55,844 bases of DNA from a virus (taxonomy: Duplodnaviria; Heunggongvirae; Uroviricota; Caudoviricetes). Position 1 is the first letter of the stretch; every line of letters begins with the position of its first letter. Position numbers and translations under genes: made by a program. This document shows positions 39,084-48,274 of the stretch, piece after piece. The DNA is taken from the IMG/VR virus record IMGVR_UViG_3300043119_000318, one strand, 5' to 3'. The notes below the pieces were generated by a model. It was not told where the DNA came from and ran no database searches. It saw only the letters and a list, made by a program, of their open reading frames with translations.

Positions 39084-39674
39084 ATGGCTAGCAAAACACC
39101 ACTAAACGATATATTCGTAAAGCAACATTACGATTTACACAATATTAGACTAAGATCTAAATCTTGGTATGAGCAGCAAATACTTCTCTTAAGTAAAAAG
39201 AGAATAACACCAAATAAAATACTCACGAACAATAACGAGGCACTGCAGAGTAGAATTCTTCCTGGTAATTTATATTTATATAAATATGACCCAAAATATA
39301 AAGAAGAGTTGCCTTATTATGATATGTTTCCTATGGTTTTCCCGTGGAAAGCATATAAAGAAGGCTTCATCGGATTAAATATGCATTACTTGCCTATTCC
39401 ACTTCGTGTGAGGTTAATGGATAGCCTTCTTATGTTTAAGAACAATGATAAGATGGATCAAACTACTAGATTAAAGTTTTCCTGGCAAATGATCGATGGC
39501 ATGAGTAAATTTAAGCTGGCAGAACCCTGCGTTAAACAATATCTGTACGATCATGTTAAATCTCCATTCGTAAAAGTTAATTCAAACGATTGGGCGACCG
39601 CAATGATGTTACCGCTAGAAAGATTCGCCAAAGCATCACCAACAAAAGTATGGAAAGATTCAACTAGAAAATGA
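39084..39674 (+). CDS. gp2: DNA end protector protein gp2, 196 aa
   Basis: YKYDPKYKEELPYYDMFPMVFP...GFIGLNMHYLP motif. Confidence 0.95.
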   Translation: MASKTPLNDIFVKQHYDLHNIRLRSKSWYEQQILLLSKKRITPNKILTNNNEALQSRILPGNLYLYKYDPKYKEELPYYDMFPMVFPWKAYKEGFIGLNMHYLPIPLRVRLMDSLLMFKNNDKMDQTTRLKFSWQMIDGMSKFKLAEPCVKQYLYDHVKSPFVKVNSNDWATAMMLPLERFAKASPTKVWKDSTRK

Positions 39675-40390
39675 CAACATTATCACAATTCATAACAGAA
39701 GTAAAAACTGGTGGTATAGCTAAAACTAACAGATACTTGATAACATTTGAACAACCAAACATATTCACAGCGAATAATGAACTTAAGCGTAAGTTAGCTA
39801 TGTTTTGCAGCCAAACTCAGCTGCCTGGAGTTAATATTTCTACATTTCAATCTAGAACGTTTGGTGAAACTAGAGAAATTCCGTACGAGCGACTGTTTGA
39901 TAATGTTAATTTTACATTTTACGTAGATAAAGATATGCTCATAAAGACTTTCTTTGATAGTTGGATAAATGGAATACAAGACACTAGAACACGAACATTT
40001 AATTATTACAAAGACTACATAACAGATATAGAAATAAGAGTTTATGATAAACAAGATGCCTCGATATATTCAGTTAAATTATTTGAGGCATACCCAAAAA
40101 CAATAACACCTATTTCTCTTGGATATGATCAGAAAGATATTATGCAGATTCAGGTGTCAATGAATTACAAATATTGGGAACCTTCAGTTTATACTAATAA
40201 TAAAGAAGAGATCTTAGATGCTAACGGAATTTCTACTGGTTTGTTTTTTAATAACATACAAGAATTCTCAGCAATAGATTTTAGTTTTCCGCAAGTGCAG
40301 ATCCCTCAAGAATTATCTGGTATATTTGGAGGTTTCTCGTCTGGTGGTGGAGGAGATTTTGGCGGTGGCGGCGCAACAGATACGTGGTAA
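39671..40390 (+). CDS. gp54: Tail tube initiator gp54-like (gp19 family), 239 aa
   Basis: GIAKTNRY, C....LPG, FDNVNFTFYVD and V.LFEAYPKTI..I.L motifs. Confidence 0.75.
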   Translation: MTTLSQFITEVKTGGIAKTNRYLITFEQPNIFTANNELKRKLAMFCSQTQLPGVNISTFQSRTFGETREIPYERLFDNVNFTFYVDKDMLIKTFFDSWINGIQDTRTRTFNYYKDYITDIEIRVYDKQDASIYSVKLFEAYPKTITPISLGYDQKDIMQIQVSMNYKYWEPSVYTNNKEEILDANGISTGLFFNNIQEFSAIDFSFPQVQIPQELSGIFGGFSSGGGGDFGGGGATDTW

Positions 40391-40402
40391 TCGGGGGATT
40401 AA

Positions 40403-40801
40403 ATGGCAGAAGAATTAAAAGAAGATAATACTGAAAGCGATCATTGGATGCAAACTAAATGGCGTCCAGCTATGGGCTGGATGTATATGGTTGTTTGTTC
40501 GTTTGATTTTGTTGTAGCTCCAATCATGTGGAGTGTTCTACAAGCAATTAGTAAAGGAATAGTTAGCGAGCAGTGGGTGCCACTAACTTTACAAGGAGCA
40601 GGGTTGTTTCATCTCGCTATGGGTGCTGTTCTTGGTATTGCTGCATTTGGGCGAACTCAAGAAAAGATTGCAGGAACTACAAATAATTCTACAATTGAAA
40701 ATCCAACTTCTTCCATACTAAATACACTAAAGACTAAACCAGTTCCTAAGGCTGTGTTAGATTCAAACGACCCTCCAGCGAGAAATACAAGGAACGATTA
40801 A
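40403..40801 (+). CDS. Putative holin (3TM/GTA-type), 132 aa
   Basis: KWRPAMGWMY...DF...P and LGIAAFGRTQEK motifs with hydrophobic segments. Confidence 0.65.
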   Translation: MAEELKEDNTESDHWMQTKWRPAMGWMYMVVCSFDFVVAPIMWSVLQAISKGIVSEQWVPLTLQGAGLFHLAMGAVLGIAAFGRTQEKIAGTTNNSTIENPTSSILNTLKTKPVPKAVLDSNDPPARNTRND

Positions 40802-40803
40802 TA

Positions 40804-41223
40804 ATGAAAATTGATGATAGATTATCTGAGATCTTTGATACTGAACCTATGTCTTCTAAGACAGAAATTATAACAGCAGATGGTGAGATTATTTCTCCTG
40901 CTGATGATAAGGTTGAATCTGACTATAATAAATCTCGTGATAATCTACATGATTTATTACTTAAAGGTCAAGATGCATTAAACCATGCATTAGAAGTAGC
41001 AAAACAATCTGAACACCCACGTGCTTTTGAAGTCGTGGGTAACTTAATTAAACAACTTGCTGATGTTAACCAACAATTGATGGATATACACCAACAGAAA
41101 CAGAAACTTGATGCTCCTGGCAAAGCTGAAGCTAGCAAACAAGTGACAAATAATAATGCTATATTCGTGGGTAGTACCTCGGAGTTAGCGAAGATGATAA
41201 AGAATATGAACAAAGGAGATTAA
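40804..41223 (+). CDS. gp16: Terminase small subunit gp16, 139 aa
   Basis: DY..SR.NL..L...G..AL...LEVAK.SEHPRAFEVVGNLIK and NNNAIFVGSTSEL motifs. Confidence 0.9.
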   Translation: MKIDDRLSEIFDTEPMSSKTEIITADGEIISPADDKVESDYNKSRDNLHDLLLKGQDALNHALEVAKQSEHPRAFEVVGNLIKQLADVNQQLMDIHQQKQKLDAPGKAEASKQVTNNNAIFVGSTSELAKMIKNMNKGD

Positions 41224-41224
41224 T

Positions 41225-41953
41225 ATGGCATTACCATTAAATAATACACCAATTTATAACTTAACGTTACCATCTACGGGTGCTACCTTAAGATATAGAC
41301 CATTCTTAGTTAAAGAAGAAAAGTCTCTTCTCATCGCGCAACAAAGCGAAGATGCTACAATTATGGTCGATACCTTAAAGGGAGTCGTCAAATCATGTGT
41401 TAAAGAAAACTTGGATGTAGATTCCCTAGCTACATTTGATTTAGAATACATTTTTACCCAGCTGCGCGCACGTTCTATTGGTGAAATGGTTGAGTTGATT
41501 ATGTCTTGTGATGAAGATCATGGAGATAAAAACAAATTAGCTAAAGTTAAAGTTAGTATTGATCTAACAAAACTACAAGTATCTAAACCAGATAATCACG
41601 ATAAAAAGATTTCTCTATTTGGTGATGTTGGTATAGTTATGAAGTATCCAACAATCGACGTGATTAAAAAGCTGGAATCAGCGAAAATTGACAGCAGTGA
41701 AGTAGATTCTGTTTTCAGTATTATGGTGCAATGTATAGATTTTATCTATGACGCGACAGAAGTTTATCACGCTAAAGAGCAAACTCAAAAAGAATTGATG
41801 GAATTCATTGACAATTTAACCTCCGAGCAGTTCGCAAAACTTCAGAATTTCTTTGAAAATATGCCAAAGTTAAAACATGATGTTAATTATAAGTGTCCTG
41901 TATGTGGAAAAGCTCATACTGTCACATTAGAAGGAATGGAAAGTTTTTTTTAA
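41225..41953 (+). CDS. gp26: Baseplate hub/tail assembly protein gp26-like, 242 aa
   Basis: MALP...P.Y.LTLPSTG..L.YRPFLVKEEK.LLIA and FF..MPKL.H...C..CG motifs. Confidence 0.9.
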   Translation: MALPLNNTPIYNLTLPSTGATLRYRPFLVKEEKSLLIAQQSEDATIMVDTLKGVVKSCVKENLDVDSLATFDLEYIFTQLRARSIGEMVELIMSCDEDHGDKNKLAKVKVSIDLTKLQVSKPDNHDKKISLFGDVGIVMKYPTIDVIKKLESAKIDSSEVDSVFSIMVQCIDFIYDATEVYHAKEQTQKELMEFIDNLTSEQFAKLQNFFENMPKLKHDVNYKCPVCGKAHTVTLEGMESFF

Positions 41954-42129
41954 TAGCTCTTGGTCATGAAAACTTAAATAATTACTATAAGTTAAATTTT
42001 GCTCTGATGCAATACCACAAGTATTCGTTAGAGGATATTGAAAATATGCTTCCATTTGAGAGGGAAATATATGTTGCGCTATTGATCAATTATCTAGAAG
42101 AAGAAAAACAAAGGTTAGAGAAAAAATGA
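41950..42129 (+). CDS. gp51: gp51-like baseplate hub assembly segment with no canonical start; candidate -1 frameshift extension of gp26
   Basis: ENLNNYYKLNFALMQYHKYSLEDIENMLPFEREIYVALL motif. Its frame is -1 relative to gp26, entered at the T8 run 41944-41951. Confidence 0.75.
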   Translation, partial: LIALGHENLNNYYKLNFALMQYHKYSLEDIENMLPFEREIYVALLINYLEEEKQRLEKK

Positions 42130-44732
42130 AATCTGTACTAGACAAACAAAAATCAGCTCAAGTTATTGAATTCCCTAAAAATAACATTTTATATAATGCT
42201 GGGGAAACTATTGCTAAAGAATCTATTAAGATTCAACAGTCCACCCTCGAGAGTAATGAACGGATAATTAAAACTGACGATAAGCTCATTAAGAGTAATG
42301 AGCAGTTGGCTGATAATGTTAAGAAACTAGCAGAAACTATTAAGAAACAACAAGAGCAATTTAAGGAAAAGGCTAGAGCAGTAACTGAGACTGTTCAAGG
42401 TCGTCGCCAATATAAAACTATCGGTGACCGTGTGGGTGATGTTAAAGATAAAGTAAAGGATTTCTTCACGATTCGCGGATTCTTAGACAAAACTGGAATT
42501 TCAAAACGTGGTTCTGGTGGTGTTATGTCAGAATATCTGGATCGTCGTGAAGATAGACAGAAATATATCAAAGCTAGCTCCGAAATAGATCCAACAGTAT
42601 CTAAAGAAGATTATGCTAAAAGATTTGATAAACAACAAATAATTCAACGCGAAATCAATAAAACCGAATCTATAATAAAAGGTTATAAAGATCAAGGGTT
42701 TACTGATAGACAAATAGAACAAACCAAAGCTGGTAAAAAACGCGAGACATTAGCTGCATCGATAATTAAGGTAGATACTAGATTACAAGATTCAAATAAT
42801 CTAGTAGAAAAATCTAATAATCAAAACAATAATACTAATAACAATAATCTAGTAGAAAAATTTAACAATAATCAAAACAATAATACTAATAACAATAATC
42901 TAGTAGAGAAGGTTCAACCAGAAGGAAAGAAATCTAACATTATAGCATTTCCTCTACAAGCATCTAACAGAATGTATGCTAAAGAGAAAACAGAAGATGA
43001 AAAAATTGAAAAGAGCACTTCACAGAAACTGTTAGATAATTCAAATACTAGCGAAGGTGAGAATGAAGCTATATCTAGAGTAGAAAGACAAATAGAACTA
43101 CTAACTCAAATTGAAGAAAATACTCGCCCAGTTGGCGATAAGAAAAAGAAAGAACCTGAAGGAAAGAGTTTATTAGGAACTTTATTAGACTTCTTTACTA
43201 ATAAATTTGGTGTTATTTTAGCGAGTGCACTAAGTATGGGCAAAACTCTAGCGAAGGGTGCTCTTGGAGTAGGTAAATCAGTTCTAGGTAAACTTGGCGG
43301 AGAAGGAATGTTAGGTAAAGTTCTAGGAAGAACTGCTGCCGTTGCAGGTGGATTATATGAGGGGTATACTTCTTTTAATGAAGCTGATGAGAAAGTTAAA
43401 TCTGGTGAAATAACGCAACGCCAAGGCACAGTAGAAAAAGGTGGTGCCGTTGGTAAAGGTCTTGGCACTACTGGTGGTGCCCTGGCTGGAGGTAAATTAG
43501 GCGCCATTATTGGTACTGCCATATTGCCAGGTGTTGGTACTGCAGTCGGTGGTATTATCGGAGGTATCGTAGGTGGTCTTGCTGGTGGTAAATTCGGGCA
43601 AGAAATTGGTAAGATAGCTACTGATGGTGCGCTAAAGTTAAAAGAAGGCTTCGATGAGTTCATTAAGAAACCATTTATGGAATTCTTCGATAAAATCACT
43701 AATGTGTTTAATGAATATATCATCACACCACTAAAAGAATATTTCGCGCCGGTCACTGACTTCTTCAAGAAAATTAAAGATCAAGTATTCGGATTCCTAG
43801 AAGATTTTGGTATTCCAGAAATTGGATTCACTATTCCTATTATCAATAAGAAAGTGTCTATTGGTCCATTCTATCCATTTAGACCAAAAGAGGGAGAAAA
43901 TCGTGTTGCGTCAAATGCATCTCTAGACCAATCAAGTTCTTCTGGTGGTGAATCATCCAAATCTAACCAAAATATTGTAACAAGCGGAAAAACTGAATAC
44001 TCAAAAGAGTACTTGGCTAAAGAGACACCAGAACAAAAAGTAAAAAGAGAAAGATTAAGCAAAGATACAACATCAGTTGTATCTATGGGTGAAAAAGTTG
44101 TAGATGGTAAAGCTACCTATACGCAAAACCTAGCGTCGTTTGATCCTGCAACTGGAAAATCAACTATTAGTGGTGATGTTGGTGAGCGAGAAATTTCTAA
44201 GCGTGCGTTTAATAAAATCAAATCTAACGCAAAAGAAGGTGGCTCTGCTGATAAGGTTGCTGAGATCGTTAAAGAAGATGATGCTTATCAGCAGTTAGGT
44301 TTCTTGGATAAGCGTAAAGTTGACGTTGGATACGCTAAGGCAACTGAGCTACTTGCTGCGCAAAAACCAGCTGTAGAAAAGACACAAACATTCTTAGGAA
44401 AACCAGTTGTTGCAGCACCATCAACGCCAGCTGGCGCCACGATGCAAAATGCAGATGGTACTAAACGATTGATGACAACACAAGAAGTCGCTAGTGCGAA
44501 AGCAGACATGTTGAACAAAACTTCTATGTCTCCACCAACAGCAGCAAGTGCGGTTTACAACAAGTCTGCAGATAATGCTGGAGCAGCTATCACCCCTGCG
44601 CCTTCTTCATCTAGTACTGTTATTGCTCCAACAACAAACGTCAATAATAACACAACGCAGATAGTTAGACTTCCACCACGCAATCAAGACGTAAGTCTGC
44701 AGACTTACATGAATTCAAGATACGCTTACTAA
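42126..44732 (+). CDS. Probable tape measure protein (gp29-like role), 868 aa
   Basis: Helical/coiled-coil N-terminal part and Gly/Ala-rich hydrophobic segment (GGALAGGKLGAIIGTAILPGVGTAVGGIIGG); directly follows gp26/gp51 with an ATGA overlap. Confidence 0.65.
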   Translation: MKSVLDKQKSAQVIEFPKNNILYNAGETIAKESIKIQQSTLESNERIIKTDDKLIKSNEQLADNVKKLAETIKKQQEQFKEKARAVTETVQGRRQYKTIGDRVGDVKDKVKDFFTIRGFLDKTGISKRGSGGVMSEYLDRREDRQKYIKASSEIDPTVSKEDYAKRFDKQQIIQREINKTESIIKGYKDQGFTDRQIEQTKAGKKRETLAASIIKVDTRLQDSNNLVEKSNNQNNNTNNNNLVEKFNNNQNNNTNNNNLVEKVQPEGKKSNIIAFPLQASNRMYAKEKTEDEKIEKSTSQKLLDNSNTSEGENEAISRVERQIELLTQIEENTRPVGDKKKKEPEGKSLLGTLLDFFTNKFGVILASALSMGKTLAKGALGVGKSVLGKLGGEGMLGKVLGRTAAVAGGLYEGYTSFNEADEKVKSGEITQRQGTVEKGGAVGKGLGTTGGALAGGKLGAIIGTAILPGVGTAVGGIIGGIVGGLAGGKFGQEIGKIATDGALKLKEGFDEFIKKPFMEFFDKITNVFNEYIITPLKEYFAPVTDFFKKIKDQVFGFLEDFGIPEIGFTIPIINKKVSIGPFYPFRPKEGENRVASNASLDQSSSSGGESSKSNQNIVTSGKTEYSKEYLAKETPEQKVKRERLSKDTTSVVSMGEKVVDGKATYTQNLASFDPATGKSTISGDVGEREISKRAFNKIKSNAKEGGSADKVAEIVKEDDAYQQLGFLDKRKVDVGYAKATELLAAQKPAVEKTQTFLGKPVVAAPSTPAGATMQNADGTKRLMTTQEVASAKADMLNKTSMSPPTAASAVYNKSADNAGAAITPAPSSSSTVIAPTTNVNNNTTQIVRLPPRNQDVSLQTYMNSRYAY
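42795..42907 (+). repeat. 48/51-bp tandem repeat encoding Asn-rich NNLVEK.NNQNNNTNN units
   Basis: Units at 42795-42842 and 42843-42893, partial third unit to 42907. Confidence 0.9.
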
Positions 44733-44736
44733 ATGC

Positions 44737-44764
44737 AAAAAAGGCTACCGATGGTAGCCTTTTT
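44737..44764. terminator. Bidirectional rho-independent terminator
   Basis: AAAAAA-GGCTACC-GAT-GGTAGCC-TTTTT between convergent genes. Confidence 0.9.
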
Positions 44765-44782
44765 CAATGCCACTAGGTGGCT

Positions 44783-45694
44783 TTAGTTTTCTTCAGCGAT
44801 TCTCTGGAAGTATGACATAACATCGTCATCATCTGGAGCACTAGACTTAGCAGGAGTAGCTGCTGGCTTAGAAGGAATCTTAGGTGCTTGCGCGACCGGG
44901 CGATCTTCTTCTTCTGCCATTTCTGCTGCAGACTTACCAGTGAAAGAATCACCAGACAGAACCTCAGACAGTTTCTTCTTCAACTCATCGTAGCTCTTGA
45001 AGTTCTTACGATCCAAGAACTCAGACAACTTGTGTTGAGAATTAACGATGGCAACCAAAGCGTCATCCTTAGATGCAGCTGGTGCAGGTTCCATGAATGC
45101 AGATTCATCATAGTTAGCGTATCCATCCTTCTTGCGCATACGCAGCTTGAAGTTGGCACCTTCCCACAAGTCAAATACGTTCACAGGCTTCTCGTCTTCA
45201 AAAGTAGGACGAGCCTTGTCCATGATCTTGTCGAAGATTTTCTTACCGAAGCGGAACAAGAATACCTTACCTTCGTTCTCTGGATGCTTGGGATCAGAAA
45301 CAACAAGAATATTTGCAGTGAAGCTCAGCTTGCGCTTTTGCTTACGGGCGATTTCCTTGTTTGCTTCGGAACCAGAATTCCACAGTTGGGTGTTCATTTC
45401 ACCAACTGGATCATTCTCGCCAAGAGTCGTCAGGGAGTTTTCGATATACCACTTTCCAGTAGGACCCTGGAATCCGTGAGAAAAGACGCGCACCCATGGG
45501 AGCTCGTCACCTTCTACGCGTGGTAGGAATCGAATAGTAGCAGTACCATTACCAGCTTTATCGGCTTCCAGTTTCCAGAAGCGATCGTCGTTGTACGACT
45601 TGGTATTGGCAGTTGGATTTGCGATCTTTTCAAATTCTCCAGTGATTTTGCTGAAGTCTTGATTACGCATTTTACGCAGTGTTTGAATATCCAT
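44783..45694 (-). CDS. gp32: Single-stranded DNA-binding protein gp32, 303 aa
   Basis: DDRFWKL..DKAGNGTATIRFLP...LPWV..FSHGFQGPTGKWYIENSLTT motif and acidic tail. Start moved to ATG 45692-45694 with RBS AAGGA. Confidence 0.95.
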   Translation of the reverse strand: MDIQTLRKMRNQDFSKITGEFEKIANPTANTKSYNDDRFWKLEADKAGNGTATIRFLPRVEGDELPWVRVFSHGFQGPTGKWYIENSLTTLGENDPVGEMNTQLWNSGSEANKEIARKQKRKLSFTANILVVSDPKHPENEGKVFLFRFGKKIFDKIMDKARPTFEDEKPVNVFDLWEGANFKLRMRKKDGYANYDESAFMEPAPAASKDDALVAIVNSQHKLSEFLDRKNFKSYDELKKKLSEVLSGDSFTGKSAAEMAEEEDRPVAQAPKIPSKPAATPAKSSAPDDDDVMSYFQRIAEEN

Positions 45695-45719
45695 TTTATT
45701 TCCTTTTATTAACTTAGTA

Positions 45720-45938
45720 TTACTTAATGTGTTTTGTATGTCGAATCTGAATATCATCTGAGATTTCAATCTCGTCGTCAAACGGATCGTCATCATCAAA
45801 GTCATATTCTTCTTCGATATAGTTATTTAGCGTTCTCATACCTCCGGTTTTTTTACCATTAGCATGATTTCTGTTTTTGCCAACGTTGCCGTTGCCATAT
45901 TCGTCAGGGGACGAATTCCTACGATAGGTCTTACCCAT
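45720..45938 (-). CDS. Hypothetical protein, 72 aa, acidic C-terminal half
   Basis: Fills the gap between gp59 and gp32 on the same strand. Confidence 0.6.
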   Translation of the reverse strand: MGKTYRRNSSPDEYGNGNVGKNRNHANGKKTGGMRTLNNYIEEEYDFDDDDPFDDEIEISDDIQIRHTKHIK

Positions 45939-45940
45939 AA

Positions 45941-46555
45941 TTACAACTCTTTTAGTTCCTCTTTGAAAGATTGATATACTGTAGACACTTTATTTGTGTC
46001 ATACTTAACAAAGCCTTTTGATTTGGCTAGTCTGCGAATTTCACTATCCCATAACAAAGTTAGTGATGAATTACTCTTCCATTTACTTAGTAGTTCATCA
46101 AAGTCATCTAAAATTCTAATAGTCTCTAGCGATATCTGCTTTCCGAGATACAGAGTAAGTATACTCGGATACTTATTTAAAGTAAAGTTTATAACAGAGT
46201 CTTCCGTCAACTTTTTCTTATATGCATCATTGATTATTGTGGAGCAATCATCAGAGAAAATTTTAGTGATTGATTCTTTTCTTCGTGTCCATTCAATGAT
46301 ATTAGACTGGGATTCTTCTTGTGAATAAATGACAGACTCGTTGCCATACGCAAAATTTGCAACATAAAACTGGATAAGATCTCTGTCGCTGGAATACTTC
46401 CTGGCTAGCTTGTCAAAAAAGAATCGATCGTTCCTAGAGTTAAATGTGTCACGAGTACCCTTGACTGAGCCACGATTCTTGAACACATCGAAGTTATCTT
46501 GTGAGAAGTGGAGCTTAATTGCCATGTAGTACTGGTATGCCTTAAATCCGTCCAC
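45941..46555 (-). CDS. gp59: Helicase loader gp59, 204 aa (GTG start)
   Basis: AYQYYMAIKLHF...FDVFK..G...F..RNDRFFF.KLA motif; lies between gp33 and gp32 as in T4. Confidence 0.9.
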   Translation of the reverse strand: MDGFKAYQYYMAIKLHFSQDNFDVFKNRGSVKGTRDTFNSRNDRFFFDKLARKYSSDRDLIQFYVANFAYGNESVIYSQEESQSNIIEWTRRKESITKIFSDDCSTIINDAYKKKLTEDSVINFTLNKYPSILTLYLGKQISLETIRILDDFDELLSKWKSNSSLTLLWDSEIRRLAKSKGFVKYDTNKVSTVYQSFKEELKEL

Positions 46556-46573
46556 GTAATCTTCCTACAATAA

Positions 46574-46789
46574 TCAGACGTCCAGTTGAGCTTGTTTCGG
46601 AAGGTAGTTGAGTTCGATGAAATCCATTTCAATCTTGTCCTTCAGAGACTTATTGATATAACGGGCGACATCTTGTGGTTCCAATGCGTTCTCCTCACAA
46701 TATACAAGAACCGCATCCATGTAAGACATCTTGCGCGCAGATACCATCTTCTCAATATTCAAAGAGAATTCGTTTGAGTTTTTAAACAT
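46574..46789 (-). CDS. gp33: Late transcription co-activator gp33, 71 aa
   Basis: FSLNIEKMV...MSYMDAVL.YCEEN.LE...VA..INKSLKDKI motif. Confidence 0.9.
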   Translation of the reverse strand: MFKNSNEFSLNIEKMVSARKMSYMDAVLVYCEENALEPQDVARYINKSLKDKIEMDFIELNYLPKQAQLDV

Positions 46790-47048
46790 AGTGCTTCTTC
46801 ATGTAGTATTCTGCAATGGTGATTGTACGTTGCAGTTCAGAGTATTCTTTACTCTTGGTTTTGAACAACTTGCGAATTGGAGAATCGCTTTCCTCAGAAT
46901 CCATCTTGCGATGGAATTTGTCCAAAAACATATCAAAGAACTTATCGAGCTTCATACGTTCGACCAACAGTTGAGTGTAGGTAGATTGCAAACCTTGAAT
47001 GTTTCGATCAGTAGACAGGGAAACGATTTTGCTATAAGAGGGGTGCAT
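46782..47048 (-). CDS. Hypothetical protein, 88 aa
   Basis: Co-oriented and overlapping gp33; the start codon is uncertain. Confidence 0.55.
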   Translation of the reverse strand: MHPSYSKIVSLSTDRNIQGLQSTYTQLLVERMKLDKFFDMFLDKFHRKMDSEESDSPIRKLFKTKSKEYSELQRTITIAEYYMKKHYV

Positions 47049-47060
47049 GATTTTTACTGT

Positions 47061-47573
47061 TCAGCCGTGATCAAATTCTTCAACTTCGAAACCATCGCGA
47101 GTTGCAATAACCTTCGCGTGGTCGCCGAACATTGCTTTCATAATGTCTTCCATTTCACCGGAGCACACAGCTTTGTTAAACAAATCGCAAGACTCAACAT
47201 CAACTCCACCAGATGCTTGAATCAGAGCAGCATCTTCTTTATACCACTCACGACCGGAAGTGAGAACATAGCTGACGTTCTCTGCCACCCAAACTCCTTC
47301 AGTATCGCCCTCGTATTCTCCATAGGAGATACTCGACAGTTCATCGATAGGAGCATTAGTAAACGTCGGATCTCCAACACGGAATTCACAAGTGTCGCCA
47401 TCATTAAAGTATGGAGTATACTGGGTCCAAACAACGCCAGTGATTCCAGGATTCTTATCAAAGAATTCCTTGGTGATTTCCTTGAACAGAGTCTGAGCCT
47501 GTTCTTGAAATTTGCGGTGCAGTTCGGCTTGGTCAGAAATAAGTTGTTCGAAAGTAGATTGCAGTTTGCTCAT
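47061..47573 (-). CDS. Conserved hypothetical phage protein, 170 aa
   Basis: WTQYTPYFNDGDTCEF motif; packed against its neighbours. Confidence 0.7.
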   Translation of the reverse strand: MSKLQSTFEQLISDQAELHRKFQEQAQTLFKEITKEFFDKNPGITGVVWTQYTPYFNDGDTCEFRVGDPTFTNAPIDELSSISYGEYEGDTEGVWVAENVSYVLTSGREWYKEDAALIQASGGVDVESCDLFNKAVCSGEMEDIMKAMFGDHAKVIATRDGFEVEEFDHG

Positions 47574-47575
47574 GA

Positions 47576-47938
47576 TTAATCCTCAAGTTTAATGAATTTA
47601 CGGGATGCCTGGTTTTTCTTTTCATTACCACTCATCCAGGGCTGAATGGTCATGTTGTTTAGATACTGTTCCATGGTTGGGATGAATCCCAAATCTTGTT
47701 GAATGTGATCTTCGGCGATGTCTCGTGGGGAATATTCCTTTCCTTCAGAATTAATACGCGTACGTCCGAAAAGTCTTTCGACGAGGAAGCATCCGAATGC
47801 ACTGTGAAGAATAGCTCGGTGACGTACGTCGGGTAATGCTTGTTTCGTGGAGTCGATAAAATCATCGATATCGGCGTAGTCTGCGCTAGTTCCACCATAC
47901 TTTTTAGCGTGGATTTTTCCATGTAGATATGCCTTCAT
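47576..47938 (-). CDS. DUF6915-like hypothetical protein, 120 aa
   Basis: Start moved to ATG 47936-47938. The pattern H....AKKYGG...DY..I.D..D..K....D.RHRA..H...G.F..E..FG...I.E.HI..DLG.IP matches that family as I recall it. Confidence 0.6.
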   Translation of the reverse strand: MKAYLHGKIHAKKYGGTSADYADIDDFIDSTKQALPDVRHRAILHSAFGCFLVERLFGRTRINSEGKEYSPRDIAEDHIQQDLGFIPTMEQYLNNMTIQPWMSGNEKKNQASRKFIKLED

Positions 47939-47939
47939 A

Positions 47940-48269
47940 TCAGCCTCGGCGCATAGTTGCGATCTCGATGGCTTCTTCGCGTTTGAAGACTGGCACTGCA
48001 TTAGACTTGTGCATCTGTGCAATACCCAGCATATTACCTCCAGTGTAGACCGGAGATTCTTTCTTAGCGCAAACACCAGCACTAAATGGCAAACTAGGAA
48101 TACGGACAGTTTCTCGCTCGTATTGCTTCGGTGCCACTAGGGGTTTGGCTTTAGCCGAGATAGGCTTAGTTTCATACTTTTGCATCAGCTTCTGCCAAGA
48201 AGCATCCAACTCACGTTGTTGCGCGTTGGGCTTACGCTTCTTAGACTTCGGAGGAGTAGTAAAGATCAT
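47940..48269 (-). CDS. Conserved hypothetical phage protein, 109 aa
   Basis: GIAQMHKSNAVPVF..EEAIEIA.MRR motif; sigma70 promoter directly upstream. Confidence 0.7.
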   Translation of the reverse strand: MIFTTPPKSKKRKPNAQQRELDASWQKLMQKYETKPISAKAKPLVAPKQYERETVRIPSLPFSAGVCAKKESPVYTGGNMLGIAQMHKSNAVPVFKREEAIEIATMRRG

Positions 48270-48274
48270 AATCT

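Noticed and set aside
39272-39287. 16-bp palindrome ATATTTATATAAATAT containing late-promoter consensus on both strands
   Set aside because: It lies within a conserved Tyr-rich coding motif of gp2 in AT-rich DNA, so chance is a sufficient explanation without transcript data.
41893-41949. ORF-track start for gp51 (MSCMWKSS...)
   Set aside because: It overlaps gp26 by about 60 nt, has no clear RBS and adds residues unlike the family pattern; a frameshift or non-ATG start fits better.
43106-43768. 220-aa minus-strand Pro-rich ORF
   Set aside because: Mirror of the Gly-rich segment of the tape-measure candidate.
44888-45526. 212-aa plus-strand ORF
   Set aside because: Entirely antisense to gp32; explained by codon bias of a highly expressed gene.
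45695-45805. ORF-track N-terminal extension of gp32
   Set aside because: It overlaps the upstream gene; the ATG at 45694 has an RBS and matches the family start.
46731-47579. 282-aa plus-strand ORF
   Set aside because: Antisense to three tightly packed minus-strand genes; no recognisable motif.
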